A DNA stretch of 44,207 bases, taken from an uncultured Geobacteraceae bacterium. GTDB taxonomy: Bacteria > Desulfobacterota > Desulfuromonadia > Geobacterales > Pseudopelobacteraceae. The stretch covers positions 1-44,207 of the forward strand of contig CAIRND010000077.1 in the NCBI GenBank assembly GCA_903879825.1, read 5' to 3'. This document shows, one piece after another, positions 29,501 to 35,541 of the stretch (position 1 is its first letter; the number at the start of each line of letters is the position of its first letter). The notes under the pieces are model-generated. The model made no database searches. It was not told the origin of the DNA and saw nothing but the letters and a program-made list of their open reading frames with translations. The position numbers and the translations under genes are program-made.

Positions 29501-31432
29501 GATGGCCACCGGGACTGAGAAGTTCACCTGCTGCCACCCGGAGGCGGTTTCATCGGCAAAGGTGGCCGACGCAAGTAATGTGCCGGTGGCCGTCCAGAGG
29601 TTGGCGACATGGGTGCCGGTGTTGGCACTCGCCTTGTAGAAACGGACGCCGGAGATGAAGCCGCTGACATCGGTCTGAAAGCGGAGTCCCAGCTCCACCG
29701 GACTGTCTGGACCGCCGTCCACTATTGCAGGTACTGTCGTATTTTGCCAGATTGTGACATTTGTCGTTGAATACGTAACGACAACGGCAGCACTCTTGCC
29801 AACCGAAACATTACCGGCGGCATCTCTGGCCCAGGCATACAGGATCTTGCTTCCTGCCGAAGTGAAAGTATATGAGGTCGGAGGCGTTGAGATCCAACCA
29901 ACAGCCGTTGCAAGAGGAGCTGAAGCAGATTCATTGACCAGATAGCCGGTCACCCGGGAATCATCCGTTGCGGTAAAACCGTTAATCGCTACGGATAGTG
30001 AGGCGGCAGCAGCCGGAATCGTAAACACTGTCACCACCGGCGGAATCGTATCTGGCGTTGAACTCGAGCTGAACACCACATCGACCCAGTAATTGCAACC
30101 GTTCCAACTCTGGCTGGGGAAGCTGCTGGTGGAGCCGTAAGCAAACACGCCGTTCGAACCGGACACGCCGTCAGCCGGAGCGTGGAGCGGGGCGTTATCC
30201 ACTCCTTTTCCGGAAAAATATCCCCGGTCAACACTAAAATGACCTGTACTGGCATGATAAGATGCTACGTAGGACGTATTGGCACTGATAGCCACCGGGG
30301 CAACGAAGTTCACCTGCTGCCATCCAGATGCGGTTTCGCCGGTAAAAGTTGCCGTGGCAAGCAGTGTACCGGTGCTCGACCAGAAGTTGGCGACATGGGT
30401 GCCGGTATTACTGCTCGCCTTATAGAATCGGATACCCGTAATGAAACCACTGACATCGGACTGGAAATTGACGCCCAATTCCAGCGCGCTGTCTGGACCG
30501 GAATCAACAATTCCGGGCACAGCCGTGTCGGCCCAGATGGTGATATTCGTTGTGGAAGGAGTGACCGTAACGGCGGCACTCCTGCTCGTTGACACATTAC
30601 CAGCGGCGTCCCTGACCCAGGCATAGAGATTCTTACTTCCTGCTGACGCGAAGGCATAAGCACTCTGTGGAGTCGCGCTCCAGCCACCAGACGCGGCGGG
30701 AGGAGCAACAGCCGATTCGGTGACCAGATAGCCGGTCACACCGACGTCGTCGGAAGCGGTGAAACTGGCTATAGCAACGGTCAGGGACGTCGCGGTAGGC
30801 GGAACGGTGAATGCGGTCACAACCGGTGGCGTTGTGTCCGGGGTGGCACTCGTACTGAACACCACATCGACCCAGTAATTGCAGCTGTTCCAGCTTTGAC
30901 CAGGGAAACTGCTGGTGGCACCATAGGCGTACACACCGTTTGAACCGGACACGGTGTCAGCAGGAACATGCAGCGGTGAGCGGTCCACACCTGTGTTTGT
31001 AAAATAACTCCTATCAACGCTGAAATGAGCAACGCTTGTGTGGTAGGAGGCGGTATAAATAGTATTGGCGGATATTGCCACCGGAGTAGAGAAATTCACC
31101 TGCTGCCATCCGGATGCGCTTTCACCGGTAAATGTGGCCGTGGCAAGAAGTGAGCCGGTAACCGACCAGAGGTTGCCGATATGAGTGCCGGTATTGGTGC
31201 TTGCCTTGTAAAAGCGGATGCCTGTGATATAGCCGTTTGTGTCAGACTGAAACCTTACCCCTAATTCCACAGCACTATCAGGGCCTGAGTCTACTGTTGA
31301 AGGTATCGTAGTTTCGGGCCATATTGTTACACTTGCGGCCTCACCGGTGATCGGCAATAGGAGTGATATTATTACAAGGACAGATAAGACAACCGGAAAC
31401 GTTATAAACTTATCAAAATAATTGCATTTCAT
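23504..31432 (-). CDS. Giant secreted modular protein (about 2642 aa): 3 DUF4082-like domains, 14 Ig-like repeats, the same ~590-aa core as the neighbouring gene, shared C-terminal module
   Basis: The track start at 31453 is a GTG. ATG 31432 is preceded by GGGGGTG 5 nt upstream and yields signal peptide MKCNYFDKFITFPVVLSVLVIISLLLPITGEA. One uninterrupted frame of nearly 8 kb. Ends AQNGAIFKYK. Confidence 0.85.
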   Translation of the reverse strand: MKCNYFDKFITFPVVLSVLVIISLLLPITGEAASVTIWPETTIPSTVDSGPDSAVELGVRFQSDTNGYITGIRFYKASTNTGTHIGNLWSVTGSLLATATFTGESASGWQQVNFSTPVAISANTIYTASYHTSVAHFSVDRSYFTNTGVDRSPLHVPADTVSGSNGVYAYGATSSFPGQSWNSCNYWVDVVFSTSATPDTTPPVVTAFTVPPTATSLTVAIASFTASDDVGVTGYLVTESAVAPPAASGGWSATPQSAYAFASAGSKNLYAWVRDAAGNVSTSRSAAVTVTPSTTNITIWADTAVPGIVDSGPDSALELGVNFQSDVSGFITGIRFYKASSNTGTHVANFWSSTGTLLATATFTGETASGWQQVNFVAPVAISANTSYVASYHASTGHFSVDRGYFSGKGVDNAPLHAPADGVSGSNGVFAYGSTSSFPSQSWNGCNYWVDVVFSSSSTPDTIPPVVTVFTIPAAAASLSVAINGFTATDDSRVTGYLVNESASAPLATAVGWISTPPTSYTFTSAGSKILYAWARDAAGNVSVGKSAAVVVTYSTTNVTIWQNTTVPAIVDGGPDSPVELGLRFQTDVSGFISGVRFYKASANTGTHVANLWTATGTLLASATFADETASGWQQVNFSVPVAISANTGYIASYHSGAGHFSVNRGYFAGAGVDNTPLHAPADSVSNTNGVFAYGAAGTFPGQSWNSSNYWVDVVFTTTPPPDTTPPTVTTFTVPSTSAALSVSITGLTATDDIGVTGYLVNETASAPLATAGGWSTSAPLFYVFTTAGSKTLYAWSKDSAGNVSTGRSAAVTITLPDTTPPTVTTFTVPSTSATLSVLITTLTATDDTGVTGYLINESATAPLAMAGGWSATAPTTYTFISTGSKTLYAWARDAAGNVSASRNAVVTIMDSTAPTVTAFTVPAAVATLSVSITTLTATDDTGVTGYLITESATAPLTTAGGWSATAPTSYAFTSTGSKTLYAWARDAAGNVSVSRSAAVSVTDTTAPTVTAFTVPATVTTLSVSITTFTATDDTGVTGYLVTETATAPLATAGGWSATAPTTYTFASTGSKTLYAWGRDAAGNVSASRSAVVSITDTTAPAVITFTIPAAANTLTVSITSFTATDNIGVTGYLVTESATAPLATAGGWSATAPTTYTFASTGSKTLYAWAKDAAGVVSASRSAAVTVDTTKPAVTVFAIPATATTLSVSITSFTATDNIGVTGYLATESATAPLATDTGWSAPAPVSYTFTSTGSKTLYAWARDTAGNVSTSRSAAVSITDTIRPTVTAFTVPAAATTLTISISSFIATDNIGVTGYLVNESSSAPLTTAAGWSATAPAFYTFTSTGSKTLYAWARDAASYVSTSKSAVVTISDPIAPTVTAFTIPASATTLSILISSLTATDNIGVTGFLVNETATAPLATAAGWSVTAPTSYTFTTPGSKTLYAWAKDAAANVSTSRSAAVTVTDSAAPTVTAFTIPASATTLSIPITSFSATDNIGVTGYLATESSTAPLATDAGWSITVPTSYTFTSIGSKTLFAWAKDAAGNVSTSRSAAVNIAFNDTTAPSVTAFTIPAAANSLTVSISTFTATDNVAVTGYLVTESATVPLATAAGWSATAPVSYTCSTTGNKTLYAWAKDAVGYISASRSAPVTVDTTRPTVSAFTIPTTATTLSVLISSFTATDNIGVTGYLVTESNTAPLATDAGWSSGPLASFSFETAGNKTLYAWARDAAGNVSTSSSDSVVISLPSGGPILIISSVSSPFSGYYAEILRAEGFNAFNMSDISAVTSSLLASYDVVILGDISLTAAQVTTLTSWVNSGGHLIAMHPDPKLAGLLGLTDLAATISDAYLLVNTASGPGAGIVNQTIQYHGAANLYNLSGAASIATLYATDTNSTSNPAVTLQNVGSQGGQAAAFAFDLARSVVYTHQGNPAWVGQERDGYSPIRPDDLFYGNATSDPKPDWINLNKVSIPQADEQQRLLANLIIQMNLDKKPLPRFWYFPRNLPAVIVMTGDDHGWGTAGSAGRFDSNISASTSGCSVANWECIRSTSYVWPTPAIILSDAQAAAYNASGFEVALHVNTGDGTSNNVTGCANFTLASFENTVSTQLTTFSQKFPSLPKPATNRNHCIAWSDWSTVPLVELNHGIRLDTSYYYYPSYWVADRPGFFTGSGMPMRFTDINGNLIDTYQAATQLTDESGQTYPMTINALLDAAAGSKGYYGAFVANMHTDVASSSESDAIISSAKSHAIPVISSRQLLTWLDGRNGSSYSSLSRNLNSVTLSITAAAGANGLVAMVPLSESQTVSNVTQNGTAVVSTILTVKGIRYITFPAATGSYQVNFTDMSPPVISAFTIPAASSALTVPITSITATDNVAVTGYLVNESGSAPLPTATGWSATVPGSFTFATDGSKILYSWAKDAAGNVSAGMSASVTISVPNISLVQAASNITDSDQNVTSEFPENVTAGNFIVVAVSGWPNLPASPAVTDSQGNTYSSAGAVMTVGGAYSAIYFARNVIGGATAITFNAVNTNSQISMVVAEFSGVNTVSPLDTTAGATGNGTTPSSGIMTPGAAGNLVIGCGTHNTTTVTTAGTGFTMIAIPTEDSHVNQPLAMEYKISNGQQTAATFNLSAGYPWAQNGAIFKYK
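23507..24124 (-). other. Shared terminal module, copy C (206 aa)
   Basis: ISLVQAASNITDSDQNV...VTAGNFIVVAVSGWPNLPASPAVTDSQGN...QISMVVAEFSGV...NGAIFKYK. Confidence 0.8.
24407..26185 (-). other. ~590-aa enzyme-like core, copy 2 (paralogue of 20511..22289)
   Basis: Collinear with copy 1, with long stretches of nucleotide identity. For example, the shadow ORFs 21587..21961 and 25480..25854 are near-identical. Confidence 0.4.
26189..29275 (-). repeat. Array of 11 contiguous Ig-like coding repeats, each about 93 aa (~279 bp)
   Basis: Consensus: TAPTVTAFTVPAxATTLSVSITSFTATDNIGVTGYLVTESATAPLATAGGWSATAPTSYTFTSTGSKTLYAWAKDAAGNVSxSRSAAV. The periodicity also shows in the plus-strand shadow ORFs at 27495, 27777, 28050, 28329 and 28608. 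Confidence 0.9.
28988..31333 (-). repeat. Triplicated unit of about 260 aa (~780 bp): DUF4082-like domain + Ig-like domain
   Basis: Each unit starts xVTIWxxTxVPxxVDSGPDSxxELGV and ends YAWxRDAAGNVSxxxSAAV. Units span roughly aa 41-300, 301-562 and 563-822 of the track ORF. Confidence 0.85.
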
Positions 31433-31493
31433 CTTTACACCCCCATGTCTCACACATCAGATACAGTCGATTATTTCTCTATTTATTTGACAT

Positions 31494-34400
31494 TTATTTG
31501 TGTTTAAAAAGCGCGCCATTCTGAGTCCAGGCTATGCTAGCTCCTAATCTAAAAGTAGCCGCCGTCTGTGGAGTTCCGGTTAGAACCTGGTATTCCATGG
31601 CAAGTGGCTGACGGTTATTAGAAGTTTCCGTGGCGATAGCAACCATTGTAAATCCGGTTCCCGCCGTCGTCACAGTCGTGCCGTTATGGGTACCGGAACC
31701 TATGGCAAGATCTCCAGCCAGACTAGGAGTCATGTTTCCGGAAGAAGGGGTACTCCCGGTACCTGTTGCTCCAGCCGTTCTGTCAAGCGGCGAAATCGTG
31801 TCTACCCCTGAAAATTCGGCCACTACCATTGAGATTTCTCCGCCGGATTTAACTGTTCTTACAGTAATCGTATCATTCCCACCGATTACATTTTTGGCGT
31901 AGTAGATGCCACTATAAGCTCCTTGAGAAGTCAGAACAGTGCCGGCGATACTATAGGTATTTCCCAAACTGTCGGTAACAGCGGTTGCAGCGGGAAGATT
32001 GGGCCAGCCCGACAGTGAAACGACGATAAGGTTACCTGCTGTTACTCTTGATGGCAGTGCTTTGGACAAATTTTGCGCACTGGAGGTTATGTTTGAAGTT
32101 TGTTGAACTAAGACGATATTTCCCGTTATTACCTGAGTAGTTGCTGAAGCTGCAGTTGATTGCGCTGAGTTGTTCCCGGCTGCGTCATAAGCCGAAACGA
32201 TGTACGTGTATGTCGTGGAAGGACTTAGGCCGGTGTTGTTATATGTCGTCCCGCTGACGGTGGTAATTTGTGTGCCGTTTCTGAAGATTTTATACCCCAC
32301 AACAGCAGTATTATCCGAGCTGGGACTCCACGAGAGATTGATCTGTGAGGTGGAAACGGCTGTGGCGGAAAGCCCGGTCGGGACAGTCGGAGCGGTGGTA
32401 TCCGTTGAAGATAGTGTTGTTGCTGAAGCTGCAGTTGATTGCGCTGAGTTGTTCCCGGCAGCGTCATAGGCTGAAACGATGTACGTGTATGTCGTAGAAG
32501 GGCTTAGGCCGGTGTTGTTATACGTCGTCCCGCTGACGGTAGTGATTTGTGTACCGTTTCTGAAGATTTTATACCCCGCAACAGCGTTATTATCCGTACT
32601 GGGACTCCATGAAAGGTTAATTTGTGAGGTGGAAACGGCTGTAGCGGAAAGCCCGGTCGGGACAGTCGGAGCGACCGTATCGTATGGAGAAACTCTAATA
32701 TAATCCAGCAATAACGTCTGTGGCAGTGTACTGTCGTTAATCGAGCCCCCGGAGCCCCCCATTGCAGTGTTTACCATAAGGAACATCGGAGTTGAAGGCA
32801 CTCCGGTCGTAACACGGCACGACATCACCCCGTCAATCAACCAGGTAAGGGATCCGGGTGCCCAGATGAGACCATATGTATGCCAGTTTTTGCTCGTATC
32901 GCTCGTACTCACGTTACAACCGAGGTTGTAACTGCCCGAGTGGATTCCCTGAAATATTTGCGTGGGATTGCTGTTCAGAATTTCTGTGACATCAATCTCG
33001 TCCGAACCAGGTTGAGGCCAGTTGCAGGGGGGGATATTGTCAGCGGAGTTCACGTTTGTCTGCTGGCAGTTGGAGCCAAGCATCCAAACTGCAGGCCAGG
33101 GGCCTTGTCCTCCGGCCATTCTTGCTTTGAATTCGATTGTTCCGTAAGTAAAGTTGAAGGACTTCCACTGTATCATTTCCGAGGTATACCGATAACCGGG
33201 CTTCGAGCTATCCAGCTTGCTTGTGATCGTCAGCAAGCCATCTGATACTGCAGCATTTGTCGGCAGATAATATTGCTGCTCATTATTGCTCGAATCACCC
33301 GGACGATTCATCGCAACCCACAGGGTTGAATCTAAAACGCTGCCATTAAATTCATCGACAAACGCGAAGCCCGGTGGCGGGTTACTGTCCGTTACTGGTG
33401 TGGTTTCATAGACTGGCGATGATTGAGCTGAGACATTTCCCGCACCGTCAAACGAGGCAACGGTATAGGAATACGTCGTCGATGCCTGAAGGCCGGTACT
33501 GGAATATGTGGTCGCAGTTGTAGACGCAATCTGAGTCCCGTCCCTGAATAGCTGATATCCAGCCACTCCCGTGGTAGTCTGTCCAATTATGGATGGGTCG
33601 ACAGACGCAGCCCAAGTGAGGTTGATTTGTGTTGTTGAATATGGCGTTGCGGTGAGCCCGGTCGGGACAACAGGCGGAGTGAGGTCCGGCCCTTGCGAAA
33701 CTCCCGGCTTGAACAGGACGCCGTTTTGCGACCAGTTAAAGCCAACGGCCAGGTTGAACGCAGCAACCGTTGTTTGCTGTGATGCGCTCAGAATCTGATA
33801 TTCCATAGCGAGCGGCTGGTGGCTATTTGAATCTTCGGTAGGCACGGCAATCATCGTGAACCCCGATCCAGGACTAGTCACCGTGTTGCCGTTATGCGTT
33901 CCGGAACCGATTACAAGATCTCCGTTCATGGTCGATGTCATGGACCCGGAAGATGGCGCAGTTCCTATTCCTGTAGTTCCGGCGACAGCATCGACAGGAG
34001 AATTTGGATCAACTCCGGCAAATTCGGCGACGACCATTGATATCTGTCCACCCGAAGCGACAGTCCTGAATGTCACCGTATCAGCCCCACCCTTTACATT
34101 CCTGGCATAATAGATGGCGCTATAGGCTCCCTGCGTTGTGAGCACCGTGCCTGCGATGTTGTAGGTATTTCCCAGACTATCGGTTACCGGGGTGGCCGCC
34201 GGCAGATTCGGCCAACCGGAAACGGAAACCACGATGAGATTCCCGGCGGTGATTGCGGCAGGAAACACGGTTGCAAGCGATAATGCGCTTGACGATATAT
34301 TTGACGCATTTTGAACAAGAGAAATCGTATTTTGAACAAGGTAGATGTCAGAAGCCTCAGCCTCAGCCTCAGCCTCAGCCTCAGCCTCAGCCTCAGCCTC

Positions 34401-34664
34401 AGCTTCGACCTCGACTTCAGAAAGCGCGGTTTCTACAGAATTAGCATTAAAGGCTAACCTGCCAATATTTTGTATTCCATCAGGATCATTGACGATACTA
34501 CTGGATACTGCGTAACTTGAAAAAAAAAGAGTTAAAATTAGCAACATACACATTAACGAAAAAAATCTAGCGAAGCAAAACTGGTGTACCTGCAATTTCT
34601 CTTTCAACATTATAATATAAAAAAAACCAGCGACTTTTTTAATATTTTTAATATAAACTGGCAT
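31494..34664 (-). CDS. Secreted GH16-family glycoside hydrolase with three FN3 domains, flanked by two copies of the shared module; (EA)n linker near the N-terminus
   Basis: SD AAGGAGA 5 nt upstream of ATG 34664. Hydrophobic segment FFSLMCMLLILTLFFSSYAVSS. GH16 catalytic signature GSDEIDVTEIL (ExDxxE), with VDEFNG and GPWPAVWMLG upstream of it. FN3 pattern: PTGLSATAVSTSQINLSWSPS...GYKIFRNG...TTYTYIVSAYDAAGN. Confidence 0.85.
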   Translation of the reverse strand: MPVYIKNIKKVAGFFYIIMLKEKLQVHQFCFARFFSLMCMLLILTLFFSSYAVSSSIVNDPDGIQNIGRLAFNANSVETALSEVEVEAEAEAEAEAEAEAEAEASDIYLVQNTISLVQNASNISSSALSLATVFPAAITAGNLIVVSVSGWPNLPAATPVTDSLGNTYNIAGTVLTTQGAYSAIYYARNVKGGADTVTFRTVASGGQISMVVAEFAGVDPNSPVDAVAGTTGIGTAPSSGSMTSTMNGDLVIGSGTHNGNTVTSPGSGFTMIAVPTEDSNSHQPLAMEYQILSASQQTTVAAFNLAVGFNWSQNGVLFKPGVSQGPDLTPPVVPTGLTATPYSTTQINLTWAASVDPSIIGQTTTGVAGYQLFRDGTQIASTTATTYSSTGLQASTTYSYTVASFDGAGNVSAQSSPVYETTPVTDSNPPPGFAFVDEFNGSVLDSTLWVAMNRPGDSSNNEQQYYLPTNAAVSDGLLTITSKLDSSKPGYRYTSEMIQWKSFNFTYGTIEFKARMAGGQGPWPAVWMLGSNCQQTNVNSADNIPPCNWPQPGSDEIDVTEILNSNPTQIFQGIHSGSYNLGCNVSTSDTSKNWHTYGLIWAPGSLTWLIDGVMSCRVTTGVPSTPMFLMVNTAMGGSGGSINDSTLPQTLLLDYIRVSPYDTVAPTVPTGLSATAVSTSQINLSWSPSTDNNAVAGYKIFRNGTQITTVSGTTYNNTGLSPSTTYTYIVSAYDAAGNNSAQSTAASATTLSSTDTTAPTVPTGLSATAVSTSQINLSWSPSSDNTAVVGYKIFRNGTQITTVSGTTYNNTGLSPSTTYTYIVSAYDAAGNNSAQSTAASATTQVITGNIVLVQQTSNITSSAQNLSKALPSRVTAGNLIVVSLSGWPNLPAATAVTDSLGNTYSIAGTVLTSQGAYSGIYYAKNVIGGNDTITVRTVKSGGEISMVVAEFSGVDTISPLDRTAGATGTGSTPSSGNMTPSLAGDLAIGSGTHNGTTVTTAGTGFTMVAIATETSNNRQPLAMEYQVLTGTPQTAATFRLGASIAWTQNGALFKHK
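31497..32117 (-). other. Shared terminal module, copy D (C-terminus of the GH16 protein)
   Basis: IVLVQQTSNITSSAQNL...VTAGNLIVVSLSGWPNLPAATAVTDSLGN...EISMVVAEFSGV...NGALFKHK. Confidence 0.8.
32124..32681 (-). repeat. Near-identical 2 x 279-bp tandem duplication (two FN3 domains)
   Basis: APTVPTGLSATAVSTSQINLSWSPS(T/S)DN(N/T)AV(A/V)GYKIFRNGTQITTVSGTTYNNTGLSPSTTYTYIVSAYDAAGNNSAQSTAASATT occurs twice. Shadow ORFs 32200 and 32479 start with identical peptides 279 nt apart. Confidence 0.9.
32685..33377 (-). other. GH16 catalytic domain (beta-jelly-roll glucanase type)
   Basis: FVDEFNGSVLDSTLW...GTIEFKARMAGGQGPWPAVWMLG...GSDEIDVTEIL...WHTYGLIWAPGSLTWLIDG...LLLDYIRV. The catalytic EIDVTE is encoded at 32982..32999. 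Confidence 0.8.
33702..34325 (-). other. Shared module, copy E (internal; N-terminal region of the GH16 protein, directly after the EA linker)
   Basis: ISLVQNASNISSSALSL...ITAGNLIVVSVSGWPNLPAATPVTDSLGN...QISMVVAEFAGV...NGVLFKPG, then continues into FN3. Confidence 0.8.
34353..34418 (-). repeat. Hexanucleotide microsatellite (agcctc on plus strand): 8 perfect units plus 3 degenerate, encoding EVEV(EA)9
   Basis: Direct reading of 34353..34400 shows perfect agcctc units, followed by agcttc, gacctc and gacttc. Confidence 0.95.
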
Positions 34665-34710
34665 TTTTATCTCCTTTCAAAATCCTCCGAGATGCAGCAG
34701 GAATCTTCAT

Positions 34711-35373
34711 TTACAAATGAAATTTGCCCCTCAAGAAACTGACAGCAGCCATGATCGATCCGAAGAGAATGAAAGTGGAAGGCTCTGGAGTGGGGGTAGG
34801 AGAGAGTGACTCCTTAACAAGAAAACTACCTAAATAGTGTTCCTGACTATTACTTGTCATGGCGACGCTCTGCACATATGCACCAATGTCACTGCTTGAT
34901 AAATATTGATTATTTTTTTTATCCGCATCCACGTACAGTGATGCGGCAACATAAATGTCAAATTCATTAACGGGACCTGTTCCGGTTATGCCAAACATGT
35001 TACTTTTATTTTCAAAACCCATTAAATCTAACAAAGCACGTCCAGCATCATAACGGGGTTTGTCGTTAATCGTAGTACCCACAACGGGAGTTATGCCGGC
35101 ATTAGTAAAGAGATTCCGAACTTCACCCTCAGACGCATAGCGCAATCCTGAATATCTTCCGCCCGTACCGGAATCAGCTTTAACGTCATTCATGGATTTG
35201 TTAAGCGTCAAAGACAAGTCCAACCACTGCAAACCAGTTTGAGTATCCTGCGTGAAAGATCCAGCACCGAAGGTAAGATCAGACAAAGATAAAAATGTTG
35301 CTCGCCCTTTAGCAGGTATGGTTAAGACTACAACGCATACAATAAAACCAGCCGCCAATAGATGTTTTTTCAT
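34711..35373 (-). CDS. PEP-CTERM sorting-domain protein (TGLxWLDL-type N-terminal domain)
   Basis: C-terminus PTPEPSTFILFGSIMAAVSFLRGKFHL, that is PEP motif + TM helix + basic tail. Signal peptide MKKHLLAAGFIVCVVVLTIPAKG. Start chosen at ATG 35373 (SD AGGAGA 6 nt upstream) rather than track position 35388. Confidence 0.85.
   Translation of the reverse strand: MKKHLLAAGFIVCVVVLTIPAKGRATFLSLSDLTFGAGSFTQDTQTGLQWLDLSLTLNKSMNDVKADSGTGGRYSGLRYASEGEVRNLFTNAGITPVVGTTINDKPRYDAGRALLDLMGFENKSNMFGITGTGPVNEFDIYVAASLYVDADKKNNQYLSSSDIGAYVQSVAMTSNSQEHYLGSFLVKESLSPTPTPEPSTFILFGSIMAAVSFLRGKFHL
34714..34794 (-). other. PEP-CTERM sorting signal
   Basis: PTPEPSTFILFGSIMAAVSFLRGKFHL at the extreme C-terminus. 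Confidence 0.85.
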
Positions 35374-35525
35374 AACGTTTCTCCTCATGATTTGATTTTG
35401 AATTCGGTGATTTGTCCCCCACTAAAAAAATGCCGGATAATTCAGGAACTGTTTTTTCCATTACCTGCAATCATTTGCCGTTAAACATTTTAATTTTGCA
35501 TAAGCGGAATTCCTGTCTATGAAAA

Positions 35526-35541
35526 AGCAATAAGCATACCG
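35526..35541 (-). promoter_or_regulatory. Candidate sigma-54 (-24/-12) promoter upstream of the PEP-CTERM/giant-protein block
   Basis: The minus strand reads CGGTATGCTTATTGCT, against the consensus TGGCAC-N5-TTGCW. The GG and GC dinucleotides have the correct spacing. About 150 nt upstream of the ATG. A single weak match, found by eye. Confidence 0.25.

Noticed and set aside
31433-31453. Track start (GTG at 31453) for the giant gene; likewise the long N-terminal extensions of track ORFs 3250..4296, 8637..9995 and 34711..35388
   Set aside because: Internal ATGs with proper SD spacing, or ATGA coupling, give canonical signal peptides or Rossmann N-termini. They also remove overlaps with the upstream genes.
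16626-34110. A conserved antisense ORF in all five copies of the shared module (16626..16850, 19732..20019, 23643..23912, 31630..31902, 33856..34110)
   Set aside because: The conservation is explained by conservation of the sense-strand module. There is no SD or start context, and the peptides are low-complexity and Pro/Val-rich. I treat them as shadow ORFs, though ribosome profiling could formally exclude expression.
34353-34418. Microsatellite as an on/off phase-variation switch
   Set aside because: The unit length is 6 bp, so slippage keeps the reading frame. Only linker-length variation is expected.
16505-34664. Diversity-generating retroelement or other targeted hypervariation acting on the five module copies
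   Set aside because: No reverse transcriptase or template/variable repeat pair is visible. The differences between copies are scattered substitutions rather than adenine-specific changes in one region.
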